A stretch of DNA of 60,564 nucleotides, taken from an uncultured bacterium (GTDB lineage: Bacteria; Verrucomicrobiota; Kiritimatiellia; CAIKKV01; CAIYGI01). The stretch spans positions 1 to 60,564 of the forward strand of contig CAIYGI010000146.1 of NCBI GenBank assembly GCA_903925685.1, read 5' to 3'. The notes under the pieces were generated by a model. It worked only from the letters and a program-made list of their open reading frames with translations. It was not told where the DNA came from and searched no databases. This document shows positions 18,532 through 27,767 of the stretch, in pieces; positions within the stretch are counted from its first letter, which is position 1, and each line of letters starts with the position of its first letter. Position numbers and translations under genes: made by a program.

Positions 18532-19509
18532 ATGACGGCCAAACCAATGCGTCTGCTGTCCGGCATTCAACCCTCCGGCAAACTGCACCTGGGCAACTAC
18601 TTCGGCATGATGAAGCCGGCCATCGAGCTGCAGACCCATGGCGAGGCTTTTCTCTTCATCGCCAGCTACCACGCGCTGACCTCGGTCAGCGATCCCGCCG
18701 CGCTGCGGCGCAGCGTGCGCGACGTGGCGCTGGATTTCCTGGCCTGCGGCCTGGATGCGGAGCGCACCTGCTTCTTCCGCCAAAGCGATGTCCCGGAGGT
18801 CACGGAACTGGCCTGGCTGCTGTCGGTGATCACGCCCATGGGCCTGCTGGAACGCTGCCACTCCTACAAGGACAAGATCGCCAAGGGCATCGCCGCCAAC
18901 CACGGACTCTTCGCCTACCCCGTGCTGATGGCCGCCGACATCCTGGCCTACCAGTCCACCCTCGTGCCGGTCGGCAGGGATCAGAAACAGCATCTGGAGG
19001 TTACGCGCGACATCGCGATCAAGTTCAACCAGCAGTTCGGCGAGGTCTTCACCGTCCCCGAAGGACACATCCCGGACGCGGTCGCCGTCGTGCCCGGCCT
19101 GGACGGGCAGAAGATGTCCAAGTCGTACAACAACACGATCGAACTCTTCGGGACCGAAAAGGAAACCCGCGCGCGCATCATGCGCATCGTGACCGACAGC
19201 AAACCTCTGGAGGACTCAAAGGATCCCGACACCTGCACGATCTTCTCGCTCTACAAGCTTTTTGCCTCCGAGTCCGAACGCGACGCCCTGGCCGCGCGCT
19301 ACCGCGCCGGCGGCATGGGCTACGGCGAGGCCAAGAAGGCCCTTTTCGAAATCTTTTGGACGCGCTTCGCCCCCTTCCGCGCCCGGCGCGCGGAATTGGA
19401 GCAAAAACCCGCCTTCGTGGAGGCCGTCCTGCGGCGCGGCGCCGAACGCGCCCGCGCGGAGGCCGGCAAGACGCTTGCCGCCGCCCGCCGCGCCATGGGT
19501 CTCGATTAG
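18532..19509 (+). CDS. trpS: tryptophan--tRNA ligase
   Basis: SGKLHLGNYFG (HIGH-type) and KMSKS motifs. About 325 aa. Confidence 0.95.
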   Translation: MTAKPMRLLSGIQPSGKLHLGNYFGMMKPAIELQTHGEAFLFIASYHALTSVSDPAALRRSVRDVALDFLACGLDAERTCFFRQSDVPEVTELAWLLSVITPMGLLERCHSYKDKIAKGIAANHGLFAYPVLMAADILAYQSTLVPVGRDQKQHLEVTRDIAIKFNQQFGEVFTVPEGHIPDAVAVVPGLDGQKMSKSYNNTIELFGTEKETRARIMRIVTDSKPLEDSKDPDTCTIFSLYKLFASESERDALAARYRAGGMGYGEAKKALFEIFWTRFAPFRARRAELEQKPAFVEAVLRRGAERARAEAGKTLAAARRAMGLD

Positions 19510-19535
19510 CAAACAACGCCGAGGAATCCGCCGCC

Positions 19536-20318
19536 ATGCCCCTGCCAGCCGACGAATACAAGGTCCAGCTCGAAGTCTTCGAGGGCCCCCTCGATTTGCT
19601 GCTCTACCTGATCAAGTCCGACGAGGTGGACATCTACGATATTCCGATCGAACAGATCACGCGCCAGTACATGGAATACCTGGGCGTCATGCGCATGCTC
19701 GACCTCAACATCGCCGGCGAGTTTCTGGTGATGGCCGCCACGCTGCTGATGATCAAGAGCCGCCTGCTGCTGCCCGTCGAGGAGCGCCCCTCGGAGGACG
19801 ACGAGGAGGCCGACCCGCGCTGGGACCTGGTACGTCAACTGGTCGAATACAAAAAATTCAAGGAGGCCGCCCGCCACCTTGAACTGCGCGAAATGCGCCA
19901 GGGCAACACCTTCGCGCGCGGACTTGAACCGGCCGTGCCGGAGGATCCCGATCCGGGCCTGTCGCTGGGCGACGTCAGCCTTTTCGACCTGATTGCCGCG
20001 CTCAACACCTCGCTCAAGCGCCTCCAGGACAACGATTTCGGCGAGATCCATGACGACCGCTTCACCGTCTCGGACAAGATCGAACTCGTGCTGCGCAGCG
20101 TGCACGAAGCGCCGCGCGTTTCCTTCGCCTCGCTGCTCGCCGCCAGCGCCTCGCGTCCGGAAATCGTCTGCACCTTTTTAGCCTTGCTCGAACTGATCCG
20201 CCTGCGCCAGATCAAGGTGCGCCAGGACGGAGAATTCGGCGAGATCTGGATCGAAACCGCCACGCCGGAGGCGCTCACGCCGCCGCCGGTCACGGAAGGA
20301 GCCATCACCGCACCATGA
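19536..20318 (+). CDS. scpA: segregation and condensation protein A
   Basis: LEVFEGPLDLLLYLIKSDEVDIYDIPI start. Followed by scpB with a 4-nt overlap. Confidence 0.9.
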   Translation: MPLPADEYKVQLEVFEGPLDLLLYLIKSDEVDIYDIPIEQITRQYMEYLGVMRMLDLNIAGEFLVMAATLLMIKSRLLLPVEERPSEDDEEADPRWDLVRQLVEYKKFKEAARHLELREMRQGNTFARGLEPAVPEDPDPGLSLGDVSLFDLIAALNTSLKRLQDNDFGEIHDDRFTVSDKIELVLRSVHEAPRVSFASLLAASASRPEIVCTFLALLELIRLRQIKVRQDGEFGEIWIETATPEALTPPPVTEGAITAP

Positions 20319-21028
20319 GCGAATCAACCATCACCCTGCCCCAACTGGCAGGCGCCCTCGTTTTCGCCGCGCGCCATCCCCTGACGGCGCGCGCCATCCG
20401 CCACATTGTCGAGGAAACCGCCCAGACCAGCCCCGAAGTCAGCGCGCTTTTCCAGGGACTGAAAGACCAGGACGTCGTCACGGCCCTGGCCGCCCTGCAA
20501 CAGAGCTGCCAGACCAGCGGCCTGGGCTTCGAACTGGTCGAGACGGCCGACGGCTACCGCTTTCAAAGCAGTCCCTGCTGCGGCCCGTGGTTGCGCCGCA
20601 TGCTGGAGAGCGGCAAGCCCGCGCGCCTTTCCCGGCCCGCGCTCGAAACCCTGGCCATCATCGCCTACCGCCAGCCCGCAACCCGCGCCGAGATCGAAAA
20701 CGTGCGCGGCGTGGCCGTGGATCATGTGCTGAGGCTGCTGATGGAACTGCAGCTCGTGCGCATCACCGGCCGCAGCGAACTGCCCGGCCGCCCCCTGCTC
20801 TACGGCACCACCCCCGCCTTCCTGGAACATTTCGGCCTGCGCGACGTGCATGAACTGCCCGGCGTCGAGGACCTGGCCCGCCTGGATGCCTCGCGCGCCG
20901 AAAAACTCAAGGAGGCCGGCGCCGAAGCCGCCGCCTCGGTTTCGTCCGAGGAAGAAGCGCCCCCGGAGCAGCAGACACCAGCGGAGGAAGCGTCGAAAGA
21001 TACAGAATCACCGGCAAGTTGTGACTAA
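20315..21028 (+). CDS. scpB: SMC-Scp complex subunit ScpB
   Basis: LETLAIIAYRQPATRAEIENVRGV winged-helix core. Acidic C-terminal tail. Confidence 0.9.
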   Translation: MSESTITLPQLAGALVFAARHPLTARAIRHIVEETAQTSPEVSALFQGLKDQDVVTALAALQQSCQTSGLGFELVETADGYRFQSSPCCGPWLRRMLESGKPARLSRPALETLAIIAYRQPATRAEIENVRGVAVDHVLRLLMELQLVRITGRSELPGRPLLYGTTPAFLEHFGLRDVHELPGVEDLARLDASRAEKLKEAGAEAAASVSSEEEAPPEQQTPAEEASKDTESPASCD

Positions 21029-21032
21029 TAAG

Positions 21033-21055
21033 GGTGTTCAGTGTTCGGTGTTCAG
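21033..21055 (+). repeat. solo copy of the 23-mer GGTGTTCAGTGTTCGGTGTTCAG
   Basis: Identical to 14690-14712. It starts 5 nt after the scpB stop. Confidence 0.85.
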
Positions 21056-21160
21056 TTTTCGGGGAATACTACGAAACACGAAAGCCGCGAAACTAAAACA
21101 GAGTGTGTACTCAAGGAAAAGCATTTATTTATTGCAATTTCACTAAACTTCGATCATGAA

Positions 21161-21238
21161 CACCGATTCACCGATTCACCGATTCACCGATTCACCGATT
21201 CACCGATTCACCGATTCACCGATTCACCGATTCACCGA
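21161..21238 (+). repeat. tandem octamer array (CACCGATT), about 9.75 units
   Basis: Nine perfect CACCGATT units and a partial CACCGA. It ends 22 nt before the pheA ATG and 8 nt before the GGAGGA RBS. Confidence 0.95.
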
Positions 21239-21260
21239 GTAACTTCGGAGGACCCTAAAA

Positions 21261-22328
21261 ATGAGCCTCGATAAAATGCGCGAACGCATCGACCTGATCG
21301 ACGAAGATCTGCTGCGGTTGCTCAACGAGCGGATCCGCATCGCGGTGGACATCGGTCATTTGAAGCGCCAGACCGGCGGCGAGGTTTACGTGCCCGCGCG
21401 CGAAAAGGAAGTGCTCAAGCGGGTCGTCGAACGCAATCCCGGCCCGATGACCGCCGTGGCCGTCCAGTCCGTCTACCGCGAGATCATGTCGGCCGCCCTG
21501 GCGCTGGAAAAGCAGCTCAAGGTGGCTTTTTTGGGCCCGCCCGCGACCTTCACCCACCAGGCCGCGCGCAGCCGCTTCGGCGGCAGCGTCGAATACCACT
21601 CCTGCGAAACCATCGACGACGTTTTCGACGCCGTGCAGAAGGAGCAGGCCGACTACGGCGTGGTGCCCGTCGAGAATTCCACCGAAGGCGCCGTCAACAT
21701 CACGCTCGACCGGCTGGGCGACACCACGCTGAAGATCTACGCGGAAATCTACCTGCCGATCTCCCTCTGCCTGCTGGCGCGTTGTCCGCGCGCCAGCATC
21801 AAGACCATCTATTCCAAAATGGAAGTTTTCGGACAGTGCCGCACCTGGCTGCAGCGGGAGATGTCCGGCATCGAGTGCAAGCCCGCCACCAGCACCACGC
21901 GCGCCGCCGAGCTGGCCGCCGTGGAGGAAAACACCGCCGCCATCGGCAGCCGCCTGGCGGGCGAACTCTACGGGCTGGACATGCTGGAGCCCAACATTCA
22001 GGATCTCGGCGGCAACACCACGCGCTTCCTGGTGCTGGGCCACCGCATCGGCGGCGCCACCGGCGACGACAAGACGTCGCTCTTTTTCGCCGTGCAGGAC
22101 AAAGTCGGAGCGCTCTACAGCGCGCTGGAAGCCTTTCAGCACAACCATCTCAACATGAGCAAGATCGAATCCCGTCCCAGCCGCAACAAGGCCTGGGAGT
22201 ATGTCTTTTTCGTGGACCTGGATGGCCACGCGGAAGACGACAACGTCAAATCCGCGCTCAAGGAAATGCGCGAACATTGCACTTTGCTGACAGTACTTGG
22301 CTCCTACCCGCGCGCCAGGGAACTATGA
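21261..22328 (+). CDS. pheA: bifunctional chorismate mutase / prephenate dehydratase
   Basis: CM domain (RIDLIDEDLLRLLNERIRIA), PDT domain (VAFLGPPATFTHQAA) and ACT domain (GALYSALEAFQHNHLNMSKIESRP). Confidence 0.93.
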   Translation: MSLDKMRERIDLIDEDLLRLLNERIRIAVDIGHLKRQTGGEVYVPAREKEVLKRVVERNPGPMTAVAVQSVYREIMSAALALEKQLKVAFLGPPATFTHQAARSRFGGSVEYHSCETIDDVFDAVQKEQADYGVVPVENSTEGAVNITLDRLGDTTLKIYAEIYLPISLCLLARCPRASIKTIYSKMEVFGQCRTWLQREMSGIECKPATSTTRAAELAAVEENTAAIGSRLAGELYGLDMLEPNIQDLGGNTTRFLVLGHRIGGATGDDKTSLFFAVQDKVGALYSALEAFQHNHLNMSKIESRPSRNKAWEYVFFVDLDGHAEDDNVKSALKEMREHCTLLTVLGSYPRAREL

Positions 22329-22441
22329 AGTTGAATATCCAACAGCCAGCACTCAACTCCCAATTTCCAAGAAAATACTGGGATGTTCAATTGGAGATTG
22401 GACATTCCTTGTTGGATATTGGTTATTCGGAGAGATAAGCC

Positions 22442-23557
22442 ATGCCAACCTTCACCGATTTAGCCAATCCCTGGATCCGCGGCCTGAAGGTCTACGAACC
22501 CGGCCGCCCCATCGAAGAGGTGGCCCGCGAACTGGGTTTCGCGGACGCGTCGAGCATCGTCAAGATGGCCTCGAACGAAAACGCCCTCGGACCCTCGCCG
22601 CGCGCCGTGCGCGCCATGAAGGCCAGCGCGCGTCAGATGCACCTTTACCCCGACGGCAGCGCCTTCTACCTGCGCCAGGCGCTCGCCAAAAAGTTGCAGG
22701 TCCCGCCGGAGTACCTGGTCTGCGGTTGCGGCAGCAACGAATTGATCGAATTTTTGGGGCATGTCTTCCTCGACAAGGGCGCCAGCGCCGTGATGGCCGA
22801 CCGGGCCTTCATCGTCTACAAGCTGATCGCCTCCATGTTCTGCGCCGAAGCCATTTCCGTGCCGATGCGGGAACTGACCCACGATCTTGACGCCATGCTG
22901 GCCGCGATCCGTCCCGATACGCGCCTGGTTTTCATCGCCAATCCCAACAATCCGACCGGCACCATGGTCAGCACCCCGGCGCTGGAGCGCTTCCTCGAAC
23001 AGGCCCCGCCGCACGTGGTGGTGGTGGTGGACGAAGCCTACACCGAGTTGCTCCCGACGGCGCAGCAGCCCAACCTGCTGCGTTACGTGCGCGAAGGCCG
23101 CAAGCTGGTCGTGGCGCGCACCTTTTCGAAGGCCTATGGCCTGGCCGGTTTGCGCTGCGGCTATGCGATCGCCGTCCCCGAATGCATCCAGTTGATCAAT
23201 CGCGTGCGCCAGCCCTTCAACCTGACCGCCATGACCCTCGCGGCCTGCGAGGCGGCGCTCGGCGACGAACGCCACCTGCGCCGCACACAAAAGATGGTGG
23301 CCGGCGGACTGCGTCAACTGGAGAGCGGACTGACCCGGCTGGGGCTGGAGTTCGTTCCCTCGGTGGTCAACTTCATGCTGGTTAAAACTGGCGCGGGCCG
23401 CGAGGTTACCAAACAACTGGAACGCGAAGGCGTGATCGTGAGGCCGGTGGACGGCTATGACCTGCCCGACTTCGTGCGCGTCAGCGTCGGCACCCAGCCC
23501 GAAAACGCCCGCTTCCTGACCGCCCTGGAAAAAGTCATGGCCGCGCGCCGCGGATAA
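22442..23557 (+). CDS. hisC: histidinol-phosphate aminotransferase
   Basis: ASNENALGPSP and the PLP-lysine motif TFSKAYGLAGLRCGY. Confidence 0.92.
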   Translation: MPTFTDLANPWIRGLKVYEPGRPIEEVARELGFADASSIVKMASNENALGPSPRAVRAMKASARQMHLYPDGSAFYLRQALAKKLQVPPEYLVCGCGSNELIEFLGHVFLDKGASAVMADRAFIVYKLIASMFCAEAISVPMRELTHDLDAMLAAIRPDTRLVFIANPNNPTGTMVSTPALERFLEQAPPHVVVVVDEAYTELLPTAQQPNLLRYVREGRKLVVARTFSKAYGLAGLRCGYAIAVPECIQLINRVRQPFNLTAMTLAACEAALGDERHLRRTQKMVAGGLRQLESGLTRLGLEFVPSVVNFMLVKTGAGREVTKQLEREGVIVRPVDGYDLPDFVRVSVGTQPENARFLTALEKVMAARRG

Positions 23558-23563
23558 AAATAA

Positions 23564-24949
23564 ATGGATCGAACTGACCAGGCCGCGGTCATGCCTCGCG
23601 GCGTGACCAACGCCTATATTTTCCAGTTGTTCAATTCGTGCTCCTGGTCCTTGATCATCGGCACGCCCATGCTGCTGTTCCTCAAGGGCCTGGGCGCGCC
23701 AGCCGCCGTGCTGGGCGCGGCGCTGGCCATGACCCCGCTTTTCGCGGCGCTGCAGATCCCGGCGGCCGGCTATGTCGAAAAAATCGGCCACAAGAATTTC
23801 GTCGTGCGCGGCTGGGCGGCCCGCAGCATCTTCATCCTCGGCATCGCGGTAGTCGCGCTGCTGCCCGAGCGCGTTTCCCCGCATCTGAGGATTTCACTGA
23901 CCATGCTGATGATGGGCTGTTTTGCGGCGGCGCGCGGCGTCTCCGTCTGCGGCCTGATGCCTTGGATCACGCAGATCGTGCCCGAACCCCTGCGCGGCGT
24001 TTTTATCGCCCGCGACGCCATGTGCATGTTTTTGGCGCTGACCGGCACCATGCTGCTCTCCAGTTGGTTCGTCGGCGCCTTCCCATCAGTCCGCGCCTTT
24101 GGATTCCTCTTCATCTTCAGTTACCTCTCCGCCCTGGCCAGCGTTGTGTTCCTGAGGCGCATTCCCGACATTCGCACCACGGAATCCCGTGTCAACAAGG
24201 TTCCGCCGCCCTGGAAGCAGATGATCTTCTACCCGCCCTTCTTCCGTTTTGTGCGTTTTAATGTAGTCTACAGTTTCTTTACGGCGGCCCTGGGCGTGAT
24301 CTGGGTGCCTTTCATGAAGGACGGGCTGCATCTCTCCGAGAGTCTGATCCTGGTCCTCTCCTCCTATGCGTTCATCGTCTGCGCCGGCGTCTCGCTGATC
24401 ACCGGTCCGATTTCCGACCGCACCGGCAGCCGCCCGCTGATGGCCTTTGCCAGCGCGCTGATCATGCTTTCTCAGATGGCCTGGATGCTGGTTGCGGCGG
24501 GCGTGCTGCCCTGCCGGACGCTGGCGCTTTTCATGATCGTGACCATCGGCTCGATCGGCTATCCGATCCTCGGCATGACCTCCACCCGCCTGCTGATGGG
24601 TTTGATCCCCGCCACCGGTCGCAGCCATTTTTTCGCCATCTCCAATGTCGCCGTCAGTCTGACGATGGGGGTGATGCCGATCGTCTGGGGTTTTGCGCTG
24701 GATGGACTTGGCCGGCTGATCGGCAACGGCTTCGCCTTCCTGCCCGGCTGGAGCTGGAACCGTTACAGCCTCTTTTATGCCATGATCCTGACCGGCACGC
24801 TCTCCGCCCAATTTTTGCGCCACCGCCTCGACGAACCGCGCGCCATGTCCACCGACGAATTTCTGCGCCTCCTACTCCACTCCCCCCTCCGCCTGCTCAC
24901 CCGCGTCCTCACCCCATGGCGCAACTTCTTCCTCCCCGGCGGCGGCTGA
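23564..24949 (+). CDS. MFS transporter
   Basis: 461 aa with many hydrophobic helices in two halves, the typical MFS layout. Confidence 0.75.
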   Translation: MDRTDQAAVMPRGVTNAYIFQLFNSCSWSLIIGTPMLLFLKGLGAPAAVLGAALAMTPLFAALQIPAAGYVEKIGHKNFVVRGWAARSIFILGIAVVALLPERVSPHLRISLTMLMMGCFAAARGVSVCGLMPWITQIVPEPLRGVFIARDAMCMFLALTGTMLLSSWFVGAFPSVRAFGFLFIFSYLSALASVVFLRRIPDIRTTESRVNKVPPPWKQMIFYPPFFRFVRFNVVYSFFTAALGVIWVPFMKDGLHLSESLILVLSSYAFIVCAGVSLITGPISDRTGSRPLMAFASALIMLSQMAWMLVAAGVLPCRTLALFMIVTIGSIGYPILGMTSTRLLMGLIPATGRSHFFAISNVAVSLTMGVMPIVWGFALDGLGRLIGNGFAFLPGWSWNRYSLFYAMILTGTLSAQFLRHRLDEPRAMSTDEFLRLLLHSPLRLLTRVLTPWRNFFLPGGG

Positions 24950-24984
24950 CGCCCATGAACATTAGCAAGCAGACAAGAGTTCAC

Positions 24985-25010
24985 CACGAAGGTCACGAAG
25001 AACACGAAGG
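24985..25010 (+). repeat. 9-nt word repeat (CACGAAG core, 3 units)
   Basis: CACGAAGGT CACGAAGAA CACGAAGG lies at the junction between the MFS gene and the truncated PIN gene. Confidence 0.75.
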
Positions 25011-25028
25011 CCAGCTGGAACGCGAAGA

Positions 25029-25205
25029 TTATTCATCCCTTGTTGAACTTCGCGGTAAATCATCGGAGACCACGAGGTCCAACACGAGTGGAACGGCACC
25101 GCTGCGTGCCAGTGCCTCCAGTTCGGCGAATGCATGCTGCGCCTGGAGTTCCGGCTCTCCGGTGAGAAGGCGCAGAACCACCGACGTGTCCAACCCCACT
25201 TTCAC
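25029..25205 (-). pseudogene. truncated PIN-domain (VapC-like) toxin, N-terminal 58 aa only
   Basis: GTG-start VKVGLDTSVVLRLLTGEPE.. is a typical PIN N-terminus with the first acidic residue. The ORF ends after LVVSDD. GTGA overlap with the upstream small ORF. Confidence 0.5.
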
Positions 25206-25447
25206 CGGCCTCGCCCTTCCGAGGCAGGCAGGATGGACTCTTGGGCGCGGCCTTGGGCGATACTGCGACGGATGGAGGTCAAGGCATGGCGGTTTACCCG
25301 CTGGGCGTACTTGCGCGCGGCGCCAAACCATGCGGGCACCGGCCGACTCTGCACAAGGACCGGTTTGTCGGACGGCAAAGCATCCACTTCCCCCAGCCAA
25401 CCCTGAAACAGATACATCACGACTTCGCGCACAGGTTGCCCCGCCAT
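25202..25447 (-). CDS. putative antitoxin partner of the PIN remnant (family not recognised)
   Basis: An 81-aa ORF overlapping the PIN start by 4 nt, a classic type II TA arrangement. The call rests on position only. Confidence 0.35.
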   Translation of the reverse strand: MAGQPVREVVMYLFQGWLGEVDALPSDKPVLVQSRPVPAWFGAARKYAQRVNRHALTSIRRSIAQGRAQESILPASEGRGR

Positions 25448-25475
25448 GGCACTCTTCGCTTTGACGCGCCACAAA

Positions 25476-26411
25476 TCAATAGCCGACGGTCTCGAGGCAC
25501 TCGATTGGTTTTGCGATCTCCTCGCTGATGAACAGCTCGCACCCGATCTTCTGGAAGATGGAGCCCGGAACGGCGGGCGTGACGGGGCCATGCGTGATCA
25601 GTCGCGAAGTCATGCGTTGCCAGGACGAGAACGTGCCCATCGTGGTCAGCCCGTGGAACTCGAAGCGGCGTTTCGCGTTGAGGACGTCCTTCGGACCGAT
25701 CGTCGCCGCCTTCGGCGGGACGTTCGCGATATCGCCGGAACAGCCGAACACGCCGTGCAGCGAGTTCTGCGCGATCGTCAGCGGATGCAAGGTCACGATC
25801 TTCGCGGGCTGTTCGAGATATTCCTCGATCGTCTCGACGTTCGTGTACTCGGGGCAGGGATCGATAAACGCGATATGACCCGCCCAACCGGGACCGCTGT
25901 AGCACGTATCAACGCCGCCGTCGGTGCTGTCGGTGATGATCTTCGTGTAGTCATTGATGTTCGCGGTCGTCGGATAGTGGATGTTCTTAAGTTTCGGACG
26001 CAGTTTCGGATCGATCATGGTGACGAAATACTTGAAAAACGAATACGAGAAGCCGGCGCGGTAATCGAGCGGCGCGACGTTGCCGTCCTGGTCCGCCCAC
26101 TCATCCATTGTGCAGCAGATAAGGTTGCGGCAGTTGATGCGGTTGACGTTGATGAGTTTGGCAATTGGGACATAGGTGTCTGGATTCGGGTTGCCGCAGA
26201 TCATCGAGAATGGCTTGTCGAATTTGTCGGAAGCCACGATGTTCGCGTACATATCGGCGATCTCAATCGCGCCGATGTTGAGGGTGATATGGATGTGGAA
26301 ATCGGGATTCGGATGCTTGACGATCTCTGCCGGCGTCATACCCCGCAACTTTTCGAGAACCTTCTGATCCTGGAACGGGACCCAGGGAGCCGCTTTGAAT
26401 GTGAATGCCAT
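25476..26411 (-). CDS. glucosamine-6-phosphate deaminase/isomerase-like (NagB-fold) protein
   Basis: 311 aa. CTMDEWAD and SGPGWAGHIAFIDP resemble the NagB motifs (..DE.. and GIG.DGHIAFNEP). AGGAG RBS. GC lower than the core genes. Confidence 0.55.
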   Translation of the reverse strand: MAFTFKAAPWVPFQDQKVLEKLRGMTPAEIVKHPNPDFHIHITLNIGAIEIADMYANIVASDKFDKPFSMICGNPNPDTYVPIAKLINVNRINCRNLICCTMDEWADQDGNVAPLDYRAGFSYSFFKYFVTMIDPKLRPKLKNIHYPTTANINDYTKIITDSTDGGVDTCYSGPGWAGHIAFIDPCPEYTNVETIEEYLEQPAKIVTLHPLTIAQNSLHGVFGCSGDIANVPPKAATIGPKDVLNAKRRFEFHGLTTMGTFSSWQRMTSRLITHGPVTPAVPGSIFQKIGCELFISEEIAKPIECLETVGY

Positions 26412-26623
26412 TGCTATTTACTCCTGTTGTTAAGATGCTTGATGATTCAAGAGATAAGAAATTGCTTTTTGGCCGGGGCGGGGTGCGAGTGCCGCAGAAA
26501 CCATCCCAAACGACTGAACGAGTGCTTTCACAGGGGGCATGACACTAAACGGGCGGCGGAATGTCAAGCGTTGGGTTGAAGTGTGTTTACGGGAGTTCGG
26601 CATCCGGGCGTACTGATGGCGGT

Positions 26624-27136
26624 CTACCATTTCAAGTCTATCAATTGGAACTCGGCTTCGTTGAGCGTCCTGTCGCGTTCATCGCCGGTTTGAGTCCTGG
26701 ACTTGTCGATCAGGATCACCGACTTGAGGATCATCAGGCCCTTGTAGATTTCTGTTTTGAAGCTGCTCTGCGGGGCGTACCTGTCGATGACCGAGAGCGC
26801 ATTGTCGCTGCGTCCGCTGTCGCGCAGATAGGTTGCGAAGGAATACAGCACTTTTCCGTATCGCTCGGACTGGTCGTCAGGCAGACGCAGGGAATGCGCT
26901 TTCGTGAAGAATACCTCGTACTTCCAGACCATTGCCGCAAGATCGTTGGATGCGTTCATCGATGGAAGCGAGGCGATTTGCCTGACAAGGTTCGTGCCGG
27001 CTGGCGCCGCAACGGTATTTGTATCGCCGCTTGCCGCCGCAACCAGCAGCCCGAAGCTCATCAAAGCCATGCCGGCTATTCTCATTCTGCTCCCAATTGC
27101 TACCTTGCGAATCAGGATTATCGCATATTTCTGCAT
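26624..27136 (-). CDS. hypothetical secreted protein
   Basis: Signal-peptide-like MRIAGMALMSFGLLVAAASG. The start is either 27136 (MQKY..) or 27085 (MRIAG..), and both have a GGAG-like RBS. I recognise no family. Confidence 0.5.
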   Translation of the reverse strand: MQKYAIILIRKVAIGSRMRIAGMALMSFGLLVAAASGDTNTVAAPAGTNLVRQIASLPSMNASNDLAAMVWKYEVFFTKAHSLRLPDDQSERYGKVLYSFATYLRDSGRSDNALSVIDRYAPQSSFKTEIYKGLMILKSVILIDKSRTQTGDERDRTLNEAEFQLIDLKW

Positions 27137-27186
27137 GTTTGCGTTCTCCGGAAAGAAATGCCCAAGTACAACCGCCAATTCCCGCG

Positions 27187-27540
27187 CTAGACGGGGCGAC
27201 GGGGGGCGAAGTTTCTTTGGGCGACCGAGTTTGCCCGGCGGCTTCGCACATGGTTGCGCAATTCGCCCAGCGAGGCCTGCGTCACATTTCTGACCATCTG
27301 TTTCAACCGCTTGTACGCCTGTGTCCATGCTTCCACATCCTTGACCCGATCCAAGGGCACATAAACGGCATGGGTCTTACCCTTGACCTTGAAGGTCAGC
27401 CGATGGGCCACATGGCGGCAGTCTTTACGCGGCACTCTGACTAGTGTTCCTTCGATAAACGGGCCGATACTGGCGATCTGCCGCAAGACCGCCTCGCGCC
27501 GCGTCACGAACCGATTCTTCAGGGAGTTTATGGCTTTCAC
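27187..27540 (-). CDS. hypothetical small basic protein, DUF6788-like
   Basis: 117 aa with a GTG start. IGPFIEGTLVRVPRK..HRLTFKVKGKTHAVYVPLDRVKDVEAWTQAYKRLKQ recalls the DUF6788 pattern (G.l....k..GP.y.LT.k..GKT.t.yv....v..v..w..ny..l). That pattern is recalled from memory only. Confidence 0.4.
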   Translation of the reverse strand: MKAINSLKNRFVTRREAVLRQIASIGPFIEGTLVRVPRKDCRHVAHRLTFKVKGKTHAVYVPLDRVKDVEAWTQAYKRLKQMVRNVTQASLGELRNHVRSRRANSVAQRNFAPRRPV

Positions 27541-27576
27541 GATTGGAATGTACTAATACGTGCCAATTATTGCAAC

Positions 27577-27612
27577 AAAAAAATCGCCTGCGACAACTAT
27601 TTTGCCGCAGGC
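27577..27612 (-). terminator. Rho-independent terminator downstream of abiEii
   Basis: On the minus strand: GCCTGCG, a 13-nt loop, CGCAGGC, then GATTTTTTT. Confidence 0.55.
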
Positions 27613-27735
27613 TCTCGCCACGCCGCCCGCCAGCCGCTTCCCGGCCGTCTATTCAGCCTCACCGAGATGGTTCAACAGGTGCGACGAATTCGTTTTCTGA
27701 AGAACTGAGCAATCGCATTCATGGCGGCGGAGCGC

Positions 27736-27748
27736 CGGTGAGTCGGTG
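27736..27748 (+). repeat. 13-bp direct repeat CGGTGAGTCGGTG (left flank of the abiE cassette)
   Basis: An identical 13-mer lies at 29599-29611. It is the reverse complement of the CACCGA word family seen in the pheA leader array. Confidence 0.85.
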
Positions 27749-27767
27749 AATCGTGGGGCAGTGAGCC

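Noticed and set aside
21161-21238. Possible CRISPR array
   Set aside because: The 8-nt units are directly abutting with no spacers, and no cas genes are present. This is a microsatellite-type tandem repeat.
22334-22420. Structured RNA or riboswitch in the pheA-hisC spacer
   Set aside because: Only an 11-bp inverted repeat (AATATCCAACA / TGTTGGATATT) in AT-rich word-repeat DNA is visible. I recognise no riboswitch or T-box core motifs.
22460-23884. 474-aa minus-strand ORF
   Set aside because: It is antisense to hisC and the MFS gene, both with clear motifs. Its translation is degenerate and R/A/G/H-rich.
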